From: Balanoglossus misakiensis
Taxonomy: Eukaryota; Animalia; Hemichordata
Assembly: GCA_040954595.2 (NCBI GenBank)
Contig: CM082591.2
Coordinates: 1,525,745-1,589,744 of the forward strand
Length of the DNA: 64,000 bases
Direction of reading: 5' to 3'
The notes beneath the pieces were generated by a model, which worked only from the letters and a program-made list of their open reading frames with translations, had not been told where the DNA came from and made no database searches. Numbering within the stretch: the stretch's first letter is position 1; each line of letters begins with the position of its first letter. The position numbers and the translations under genes are program-made. This document shows, one piece after another, positions 49,891 to 61,100 of this stretch.

Positions 49891-51333
49891 TTATCCAGCT
49901 CTCTCCATTTCCTGGCGCTTCATTTCGGTTTCCATTTCTTGTTCAAGTTCTTTCAATTCCTCTTCTAGTTCCGGGTTCTGTATACTACTTTCCGTCTCGC
50001 TTACGTCTTCCGACTCGCTTTCTTCATCCTCGTACAAAGTCTGGCCAGGTTCTTGCGGCTGGGGGATGTCTTGCCCGCCCAGAGCTCCCTGCTTGAGCTG
50101 ACTGGCGAGTCTGTCGATCATTTCGCCGGTTGGAACGCCCCCTACTGGTTGCAACCCGTCGGGTAAAGCAGGTGGTTCTTCGCCACGTGCCCTTGCTTCT
50201 GCCGCTTGCTTCGCGACCTGCGCAAACCAGGTCAGATTTTGTTTGAAGTAATCTTGCAGCGTGCGGTCGAACGGCTCGAAGAATTCGTACAGACGTTGTT
50301 TGACTTCCTCGTCAACTTTTGGCCTGGGAGCGAAATTTGAAGTTTCTCTGGGACAAACGTTTTGCGGATAAGACAGACAGTAGGCTTCGAGACGATCATT
50401 GAAGGAGAAATGTGACTCCTGGTAGAAGTTTGGCAGACCGAGAAATTCTTCAAGTCGGCGGAATTCATTGTAGGTACTGAATCTCAAGTTTTTGCCGTCG
50501 ACAACGTAGATTTGAGATGTTGGGAAATAACGCATCCAGCTAAGAAGGTGCTTAAAGTAAATACTATTGTCAATCAGCATATTTAAGTGAGCAACATTTG
50601 CTTGTTTGTCTTCAAACACTGATTTTTCGAAAGTTTTCTTGATGTGGCCCTGGATTTCCTCGATGCCCTGCGCCTTTGAGCTCCATCGGGCATATTCAGC
50701 GACAGCTCTTCTCACGGGATCACAGACAACAGCGATTAGTTTAGTATCGGGAGAAATACCAAACCGCACTTGCCTCGGCGCGTCCTCTGGGAACACGAAA
50801 TAGTTAGGGAGTTTGTCGAGAGTTATCTGTTCTTCGTTGGTGTACGGCATTTGTTTGGCGTACCATTCGAACCCCTTTTCGTAGATATCGGAGTAGTCGA
50901 TCGGAACGTCGTTACGGACCTCGACATTGGGATGGAACCGGAGATAGCGGACGATACGGTCACTGCCGCATTGCTTCATCCCGATGATCAGTGCGTGGGG
51001 TAACTGTTGCTCGCATCCTCTCTTCTCAAGTTCCTTCGGGTTTCGGAGAGCGCGTTGCGTGTAATCGTCCCTCCTCTTCGCCTGGTAGCACGAATTCCCG
51101 AATTTCGCGTGCAGGTAGTCGTTCAGGTCATGTTTGACTGCCTCTGGGATTGCCTCAAAGTGTCGCGGCGGCAGGGGTGGGACGTTTGGGAAAAAGATGT
51201 CCCTCGGAGCGCTGAGGTTTTTCGGCACGGATGCAAAGAGGAAAGTGACTAGAAGCCATCCTCCTACAACCAATGCCACCACCGAGACACACTTGAGGTA
51301 GCGACGAGAGACGACTGTCCGCACGCTCGCCAT
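49891..51333 (-). CDS. Heparan sulfate 3-O-sulfotransferase-like type II membrane protein (480 aa, single coding exon) with degenerate catalytic motifs and an acidic C-terminal extension
   Basis: ATG at 51333 (MASVRT); N-terminal TM; LPHALIIG, FHPNV, GFEWY..QMP, DKLPNYF, DPVRR, Y..HL..W..YFP..QI.VVDG, E.FLGL follow the HS3ST pattern. Confidence 0.88.
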   Translation of the reverse strand: MASVRTVVSRRYLKCVSVVALVVGGWLLVTFLFASVPKNLSAPRDIFFPNVPPLPPRHFEAIPEAVKHDLNDYLHAKFGNSCYQAKRRDDYTQRALRNPKELEKRGCEQQLPHALIIGMKQCGSDRIVRYLRFHPNVEVRNDVPIDYSDIYEKGFEWYAKQMPYTNEEQITLDKLPNYFVFPEDAPRQVRFGISPDTKLIAVVCDPVRRAVAEYARWSSKAQGIEEIQGHIKKTFEKSVFEDKQANVAHLNMLIDNSIYFKHLLSWMRYFPTSQIYVVDGKNLRFSTYNEFRRLEEFLGLPNFYQESHFSFNDRLEAYCLSYPQNVCPRETSNFAPRPKVDEEVKQRLYEFFEPFDRTLQDYFKQNLTWFAQVAKQAAEARARGEEPPALPDGLQPVGGVPTGEMIDRLASQLKQGALGGQDIPQPQEPGQTLYEDEESESEDVSETESSIQNPELEEELKELEQEMETEMKRQEMERAG

Positions 51334-52991
51334 GATGATCACAGAATGACAGTGAAACGACCGATGATTCCCGGTGTATTGATAGAGTGAACTGTCAAAC
51401 GAGATTCACACGGCCACGTCATGGGAGGTAACACCAAACCCCGTCAGCAGCTGTGCCGAACATTCAAAGGGAAAGTTAGGACGCAATCAGAAAATGTGGT
51501 ACGGGCGGGCCCGCACGGAAAATATCTCCTTTTCACAAAATGAAGAAAAGTCATCCAATATATCCCAAAGCTACAAGAAGCATGTTAGTTCTAGTCTTGA
51601 TATTTGCTAGTTTTCGCCGCAATTTGACGACATTTACAGTCTGGGAAGGCAGTGGCTGATTTTGGAGTGTCGGGAAAAATATATCTTGTCCCTGTTCTAG
51701 AGGTTTTATAGAATAATTTCGAGCTTGCATTTCAGCCTGATATATTTTAAAAGTTATTTTGATAAAAGAGAGCATCCGCGCGAGCTGGTTTTACATCTCC
51801 TCCTTCGGACAGTTTTCGGAATTTGAGGATTTTTTTGACACAGAACCGATTTCTTTCCTGAGGCCCACCCGTCATAATTTTATAGTAGTTCCCTTAAACA
51901 CGGCTTAAAATTATACAAATAATATTCAATTCTTCTGATATAAAAAAAATCGACCGCAGACTGCCGCATCAGAGAACAATAGCGTCAAATCCGTGCGTGT
52001 ACACACGTTGGAGATTTTAATAATGGCCGCTATAAGCCTTAACAAGAACTTTCACATCCGAAAAAAAAGCAAAAATTATAATGGGACATCGTACTATATT
52101 CAACTGCCCAATATCATTTTTTTCTTTGCACTTTCCTGAGTGACCAAAATTAAAGGATTCACCGCAAAATGTGCACTGTCAACACTGACTTTTCATCACA
52201 AATTACCTCATGAATATATACAAACTAAATTACCTAATATATTAACATGGTTCTACCAACAAAGGACACAATACCCTGATTTGCGCCAAGCTGTTGTAGG
52301 CCGATTTATCAACATGGTTTGATAAATTATACATGAAATATGGGGTCTATGTTATTGTGATAGTCTAACCAGTCGAGTCAAATCATTGCTGTAATTGAAC
52401 TACGATGTGCCAGATTTATGGTATATTAGAAAGTAGAGATGCGAGTATATTATTACTGTACATAGGATTGACATTGGTTTGTTTTCTCAAATTTCTGTTT
52501 ATCTCGATTGTATGGTCATTTTTACTGTAATCTACGGTCTGTCACGTCAAAAGCGTGAAGTCAGGACAGATCCCAATAAGTTTTATTTTATTTCCATTTT
52601 TGGAGGAGAGATAGGCAACAAATGCCATGGAATCTTATGCACCCCAAACACAGATTTAAAAAAATATGATAACCCTCCAGAATTTAGGATTCGATGTGAT
52701 TTCTCTGGCAGTGGTTAAAAAGCAAGTTGGAAATAACTAGAATATTGGTTTAGATATACATAAACTGTAAATTCAGTTCTTACAGACTTTAACAAATATA
52801 ATAGATCGTGCTGCACTCATTAGAAATTACTGTACCATAATTATTCACAAAGTCTATCAATAAAATGGGGCGCAGAAATCTCTATGTACAACATGGAAGA
52901 TACAGTTCTTTCCCAGGTTAAACCTTGCAGATAATCAGTACAGATGGAACCATTAACAAAAGGGGAGGAAAGGCATAGGGAGAAGATTCCA

Positions 52992-54793
52992 TTATTTTAG
53001 TTGTGTCCCATGGGTTACGGAGTTGTTTCCTCCTCCGCCGCCACCACTGTCACCTCCCTGCCAGGGCTTGGTCAACACTGAAAAACAAAAGACGTGCGAT
53101 AATTCTTTTAATGAATCCGGCACTCCAGGTTATTTTACTGGAACCTGTCTTGGAACCCTGTCTAATCCGAAGACTATCCAGTTCTGATCACATACCACAC
53201 CATCTATTAGCATTAGTAAGCTGAGATCCAGTCCAAAACAAAAGGCTGCAATTTCCCTAGGCCCTGTCCCGGTATTCTACTACTATACCACTAGAGGGCA
53301 CTATACACAACACCACGCAATATTTCAATGAAGTACTCACAGACGATAATCAACACAATCACAAGCACAATAACAATACCAACTATGATGAGGATACAGG
53401 TCATCTATAAAACAAACAAATAAACAAACAAGTAAACATATGTTAAGTGATGTCAAAGTTCATCAGTCCTTGCCTGATCATAGTATCTATGTATCTGCAC
53501 TGAACGTTACTGACTCAGTGTTGGCTATGGAGCCAACCATGAGAGTTGAATCTTCTAGTCAACTTCAAATCACATTATGAGAGAAATATTTGCACAAAAT
53601 TAAAATGCAAGTTCTGTACTTTACCTTGGCATTTTTCAGGCAGTATTTTCGCTTCACTTTTTTCGACGTCTTCTGAAACTGCTCAGCACCAGCAGATAAA
53701 TCCTCTGTTGAACGCAACATATTGAAACATTTCAACGTCTGCGTTATTTTTAACGATATCACACTACAAAGTGTATTTTTGCATAATAAACAAATGTGAG
53801 TACCATTCAATATATTATTTATACAATTCACTTAATTTTTGGGATGTGTATTAGAGCGTGAATTTCACATTTGCTTCTTTCAGTATGTTGGAACGACAGT
53901 CTGGGGGGGGGGGGTATTACCTGTTCTATCAACCATTACATCCAGCTTATCTCCTCTTTCCAGAACTTTATCAATATTATCTTTTAGTAGCTCAGCAACC
54001 TCATCCACATCATCCTGCAGCTGGTTGAGGTTCTGGGCTTGTTTGCTGGAGGAACTTGTATTTGCGTTCGTTGCCCTGGTAACAACACAGATAAATGACA
54101 GGGTTAACACTTAAACTTTGAAGTCACAAGAATCAGCTCTATCGTTTTATTTAATTACCTCGCGTAATAGTTACTTCTTTGATACCGCGAAAATTTCCTG
54201 TCGCGAAAATAACCCGTTTTACAGTAGTTTGCCTTTGAAGTACTCACCACTATGGTAAAAAGTTTGACCTTTGTCATGACATGACCCAACCTGTTGATGA
54301 CATCACAGCAATGACAGAGTGGCATGATGGTGGTGATGATGGTGTTTGTCTGTGTGGAAAGCATGATCTGCAGAATAGCAATGATTATTAACACCACAGA
54401 TTGAGTTTGCAAATAGCTTGATTCACCTTTGAGTTTAACCCGGTTAGTTTTGTGAGTGTATCATATGTTGTATGTTTTTGCTTTAATGGCCTTGAATGCG
54501 GGTGACATTATTGTCAATGACCTGGTGTGTACCTGTGAAACAACAGTACATAAACAGTTAACAAACCACGGAAGATTCGACAAAACTTGTAAGACTGTGT
54601 TATTACCACGTAGTAAAATAGTGACAAGGAAGTGAAAAACTGCTAGGCCTGCACTGCGAATTGGGTCCTTCGTTCTGAAAAGGGTAAAGTCCGTCGACTA
54701 AAAATAAAAATAAAATCTATGTGTACTATACGCGTGTATATAAAAACAAATGACAAACTTTGAGTATAGTACAGCAAAAATTAAAACTTACAT
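52992..54793 (-). CDS. Synaptobrevin/VAMP family R-SNARE (VAMP8/VAMP3-like), 128 aa
   Basis: Exons (minus) 54793-54792 (split start AT|G), 54075-53921, 53704-53625, 53404-53341, 53077-52992; NIDKVLERGDKLD with the zero-layer Arg; C-terminal TM. Confidence 0.92.
53288..53303 (+). promoter_or_regulatory. CTCF-like motif CCACTAGAGGGCACTA
   Basis: Near-consensus CTCF core in the last VAMP intron. Confidence 0.55.
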
Positions 54794-55185
54794 CGCGGTT
54801 TTGAGCTGAAGTTATCACAAATCAGACAGGAATGTGAACACAAATGACGGTGTCTTCGAACAAATGATGTTATGTCGTATTCGTGACAATTTAAGTGTAC
54901 GGTAGCAAAGCCACATGACCACAAAAGCTTATCTAGTTAATGTTTTAATAAATGTTTAAATCACCACCCTCTGTGCGTACGCGTATACCTGTGATCGACC
55001 TTTCCCGACTTTTTGTCGCAAAAAAGTCTTCCTGTTTTACGACACAATTACATCATTGTCGTAAAGTATTCTTGATCTGCGCATGACAAGCCGTTTGGCG
55101 CCCGGCCTCCACCTCACGTCACAGGCCTTGTATATGTAGCGAGTTTGCTGTATTTTACAAGAACTCGCACATTTCAGAGACAAAA
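54794..55185. promoter_or_regulatory. Bidirectional promoter region between VAMP (-) and importin-7 (+)
   Basis: Start codons 392 bp apart, head to head; CpG-enriched. Confidence 0.7.
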
Positions 55186-58100
55186 ATGGACGGGCAAAAG
55201 TTAGTCGACATGCTCCAGAAGACCATCCATCCCGATACGCGGGAAAGCGCGGAGCAAGAACTTAATCAGGTAACATATATCGCAAACATGTGGCAGAACT
55301 TTTCAACATGGCGGAATATACTTATTGCGACATGCGAGCTTTTCCCGCGATCATCTCTTGTAGATTTGTCCAACATACCTGGACGAGATTGGTTAAAATA
55401 AACACACTGATCATGGGAGGAATGGATTTTAGGGTGTTTATTTCGAAACTCGCTCTTAAATCGTCAAAGTTCCACCGTCCAAAGTGCGTTGATGGGATCT
55501 GTCTGTTTCAGTACACACACGTGTTTGTAAGAAAGTGATGTAAGTTAATTACAATGTCATGTCAATGAATCATGGACATGCAAAAGTAGTGACCATATAA
55601 CTACATAATGAAAACTTCCAGTCTGGATATTTCCATGTGAACGAGTTGGGAGGTACATGTAATTACAAGCCATGTGATGGATTATGGTGTACACTGTACC
55701 ATACAGTGTGTAAATTAAAAAGTGTCTTCCAATGTTATTATTTATGTTTGCAGGTCCATAAAATCATTGGTTTCGCTCCCACCTTGTTACAAGTTGTGAT
55801 GAGCGACCAGCTACAGATGCCCATACGGCAAGCAGGTAATGTTTTTAACACATGGTATCTCAAGCTTCCCATGGATATGAAAAGTGTAATTTCGATAATA
55901 CTACATTTTTTTGTCCAAATCAATATGTAAGTTTACAGATCCAAAAAGCTATGGAGAGCACAGATAGGTTTCAGTATATAAAAAAGATGCCTTGGACTCT
56001 ACCATTCTCTGGTGGTGATGGTTAGCATTAGGGTGCATTAGAATGGTAGAGTCCAAGGGGCAGTTCAATTCAAAAGATCCAAAAACAGTGGAGAACTTGC
56101 CTAACCACACCTCCCTATGCCTAAGTATAGACCGCACGGCATTTGAAAACATTTTCCCTGGTTTCCTGTTTCAGGAGTGATTTACCTGAAGAACATGGTG
56201 ATACAGTTCTGGAATGAACGGGAACCGGAGAATGTGGGCGATCCGATTCCGTACAGCGTCCATGAACAAGACAGACAAGCGATCAGAGACAACGTCATTG
56301 AAGCCATGATTGGTACTCCAGAACTCATCAGGTGAGTTGGCAGAATATCCTTGAATGCACCCCTTCATCACCATGGTTCAGTCCAAATCCATTGTTTTCT
56401 AAGGTAAAGTTGGACCTCTGTAAATGTATAGGGAACTGGTGGGAAGGGGGGAAGGGTGACGATGATGTCTAACCGTTGGAAACTTGTAGTGAAACCTCTG
56501 GAAAACATTGGCAAAAATGGAAAGCTATGGTAATTGATTAACTTTTATCCATGATCACATGTAAGAATATATTAATTTTATTATTTTTTTAATTAACTTT
56601 TCAGAGTGCAACTTGGAGTTTGTCTGTATCAAATCTTGAAGGCGGATTACCCTGGAAGATGGACAGGAATTGTGGATAAAGTTGTACATTATTTACAGTC
56701 GGACAATACAGGTGCTTGGTATGGTGCATTGGTCGCTGTGTATCAACTAGTCAAGAATTTTGAGTAAGTTCCGTTGCTATGGAAACGGTGCATCTCATTC
56801 CAAACATGATTTGCAGCCCGTTTTTTGGAGCGAGTGAGAAGTGATATATTTATTATGTGTATCGAATACAACAAATTTCTGACACAAGTTTGACATCGGT
56901 TTACCTGCATCTAAAGCTTATGACTTTTGATAGTAACACTGATTCTAAGACAGACTGTTTGCAAGAATTTTAGACAAATTTCCGTGATGATAATTTTTTT
57001 GACGTTTCTCTTCTCAGATACAAAAAACCCGAGGAGCGAGGACCTCTGAACGCTGCCATGCAACATATTTTACCCATAATACATCAGAGATGTGAGCAGC
57101 TGTTGCCAGATGCATCAGAACCGTCTGTTCTCATGCAAAAACAAATTCTGAAAATTTTCTTTGCACTTGTCCAGGTAAGAGCATATCAAACATTTTGATT
57201 GGTTAAAACAGTGAGAATTGAAGCATACGCTTCTTCTTCAGCCAATCAAATGGAAGCTTGCTTCAGTAATATATGTTTCAAGATGTCCAGCAGTAATTCA
57301 CAAGATAGTTTTGTGATTGTTCCATTCTCTAAGAATGAAACCATTTCTAAGATATTTTTGTGTCATTTCATATTACAGTATAATTTACCGTTGGATCTGG
57401 TCACAAAAGAGCTGTTTGTAGGTTGGATGAAGTTAATCCGAGTCATCTTGGAACGAGAGGTACCGGAGGTGAGATCTGACATCATTCAGTCCCGGAATTC
57501 ATAGTTTTAGCACATCCTTCATAACCTTAATTTTGAGTCCTGGGAAGTTAAGATTCAAAGCCTTGAAAGTTTCAGAAAAATACTGTTGTCATGAAATTAA
57601 AATATCAAAGGTTATGACCAACTTTGACACGTCTGTTGTAGGAAACTCAGCAAGTTGACAATGATGAAAAACCAGAACTGATTTGGTGGAAGTGTAAAAA
57701 ATGGGCAATGCATATCTTGGCAAGAGTCTTTGAAAGGTCAGTGTTTTTTGTTTCAGTTTGCGAACATTTTTAAACGATGATGTGGGAACGTTTCTTTCAC
57801 CCAACAAAACGACTGGTATCATAACCAATGGGAACTTTGACAAAAACACAGCTGTTACAATATCTAAATGTAATTTGAGTTTAAACTGAGAATTGAGATA
57901 ATGGTGTGATGCTATGCAGATGCTTGAAAGTGTTTCTCTTCTCCAATATAGATATGGTAGCCCTGGTAACGTCTCAAAGGAATACGAACAATTTGCAGAC
58001 TGGTACCTCAAGGCATTTTCTGGTAAGACATGACTAAATTTCTGTTTGCCATCAGATACTTCAAAAAGAAGACACCAAAGTAAAATATATTGGAATTGAA

Positions 58101-61100
58101 GATATCTGCATGATTGAAAAATTACTTCTTATAAGATATGATTAAGATGGATATTTATTTATTTTTCTTTTCAGCGGAAATTATGCATGTGTTGTTGAAG
58201 ATCTTGGATTCATACAGACAAGGGAATTTTTTATCACCAAGGGTTCTTCAACAAACACTCAACTATATAAACACGGGGTAAGCTTGGATGACTACAAGCT
58301 TTTTATTTCGTTTTCTTCCAAGAAGTTAAACTTTGTGTTACCAAGCTCTTCAAATAAATTGAATCAATGATTGTAATAAATCTTATTTGATAAGCTTAAA
58401 GATTGTTCCCCACCCCATAATTCTTATGTTTGTGCTCATCGTTTTTCAGTGTCAGTCACGCGATTTCGTGGAAGTTCTTAAAACCGCACGTTGAGGTCAT
58501 CATCAAAGACATTCTCTTCCCTCTGATGTGTTACAAAGATGAGGATGATGAACTCTGGAATGAAGATCCGTACGAATACATCCGGTTGAAATTTGGTGGG
58601 TGATAAATCCTGTCGCATATCAGACCATTTATTCACTTCTTGTTTTACATAATTGACTGCTTTTTGCGATCATCAACATTTTCTATTGTTGGATGTTTTC
58701 ACAGATGTGTTTGAAGATTTCATTTCCCCGGTAACGGCAGCCCAGACATTGCTTCATACCATCGTAAAGAGTAGAAAACAGATGCTCGAGTTGACCATGG
58801 GTTTCTGTCGAGAGGTTCTGACGACGAAGGGCATCGACACGCGCAAGAAAGATGGCTCCCTCCATATGGTCGGAACTCTGGCAGACATCTTGCTAAAGGT
58901 GAAAGGTCAATGATATTTTCGAAACGGTGGCTCAAAATAAAGTTACATGTTCTGTTTTGGTAGAACCTACCAGCAAATGTGTGGGACTCAACTGAATATT
59001 ATCGCACATCATAAATATGATAAATTTTCTAATATAATGTCTTTAAACTGTAATTTTCACAAATAAAGTTTAAATATTTTTTTTTTCCCGCCAACAGAAA
59101 AAGAAATACAAAGAGCAGATGGAGCTGTTGCTAACGTTGCACGTTTTCCCAGAATTCCACAGTGACTTTGGTTACATGAGAGCGAGGGTAGGCTACGACG
59201 ATTCTGTAATATTTTGCTTCAGATCCTTCATTGTAGCAACCATATACAATTATTGTTATTATCAATTGTTTATTGGACCTGGTAATTGGTTCTCTTGTAT
59301 GATAATGATTATTGACCTGATTTTATGCCACGTTATCTGACGTGCTTCACACAGGCGAACTGGGTGCTGCACTACTTCAGCGAAATCAACTACAAAGACA
59401 AGAAGAACTTGATACAAGCGTTGGAACTCAGCAGGAAATGTCTGTGTGAAGAGAAAGAAATGCCAGTGAAAGTGGAGGCGGCCATCGCTTTACAGATGCT
59501 CATCACAAACCAGGATGATGCCAAAGAATATTTACAGGGACACGTGAAGGATATTATACATGGTAGGTTTGGCGGGAAATATTTGTCGATGTGTGTGCTC
59601 TGTATGGTGGTGGAAAATGTTGGGATTTGAAAACGCTACAGCAAAAGTGCCGTAAAATGAGTTGACTGCAGATATGCTATTGTATAATGCTAAAATGTCA
59701 ACCATGAAAATTTTTGACAAAAGAACAACATTTTCCTTCATAGATAACAGCATTATTACTGCAGAAACTGAAAAACTAAACATGAAAATATTCTTTTGTT
59801 TTCCAGAGTTACTCTATGTCATCAGAGAAACAGAAAATGATGATTTGACTAATGTGATGCAAAAACTGATTTGTACCTATGGTGATGACATCATACCAAT
59901 AGCTGTAGAAATTACTCGGAATTTGGTAAGTCATAGGTTTCGGTAAATTTGATAGTTTGGTGGTGGTATTTCATGGAGCAACAAATTCTTAATACATCAG
60001 GCTGAGAATGTTGTAGTGTACCCACACAACCAGTTATAAGATTTCCGGAACGAATTACACATTTCTTTTGCTGCTGCATTTAAACTCTGCTGAATGTTGA
60101 TTCTGCACCAGCCTGTGTCACGTGATAATGCAATAACCATTTTTTCGTTGGTTAAACAGGCTGTCACCTTCAACCAGGTCGTAGATGCAGAAGACCAGAC
60201 TGAAGATAAGGCCATTACAGCAATGGGAATTCTCAACACTATAGAGACAATTCTTACTGTCATGGAAGATCACAAAGAGGTGAATTATTGAAATAGAGAA
60301 TAATTATAAAAATAAATGTGTTTCAAATGCAATTTGTCTCAGAACAAGGAGCAATGTAGTATACACAAGGTAGCCATTTTGAAAATCACTATGGCAAATG
60401 AGGTTGCCATTTTGAATTTGAACATGCATGTGCATTTATTTTCACAGATTATGATGCAGATAGAGGAAATTGTCTTGAGTGTTATAGGAACAATATTACA
60501 ACAAAATGTCATGGGTGAGTAGGCTTGTTTTGTTTTTAAATAATTTCTCATGAATTTTATGCATTTTCAAAAAAGGAGAGGAAAACTCATGTGAACCTTT
60601 GCCGCAAATAAGAAATGTTTGTTGATTCCAGACCGCCAGAATCTTTACTCAGAACTGACAGATAAGTGACATTGGAGATTTTCAAACATAAAATATTCCT
60701 GAATAATTGAAAGCATATATAACATTTTTTTGTATTATTTTTTTGTCTTGCAGATTTTTATGAGGAAGTTTTGTCATTGGTCTTTAGTCTTACGTGTAGT
60801 CACATTTCACGGCCTTTATGGCAAGTTTTCTTCATGATGTACGACATGTTCCAGAAAGACGGCTTTGATTTCTTCCTGGGTAAGTTCATCCATTCAACTT
60901 AATGTAAGATATTCACCCTTTCAACACAATCTGTTGTCATCTTTCAGAAAATAAATCCTCGGAAAATTTCCTGAGGTCTTAAAATTGTAAATCTTACCTG
61001 TCTTAAATTTATTTGAACATATTCGGTTCTTGTTTGCTGTAGAAATGATGCCAGCTCTTCACAACTACATCATAGTGGATCCACAGGCATTTATATCTGA

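Noticed and set aside
50232-51252. Overlapping and antisense ORFs within the sulfotransferase-like CDS
   Set aside because: Shadow ORFs of a GC-richer coding region.
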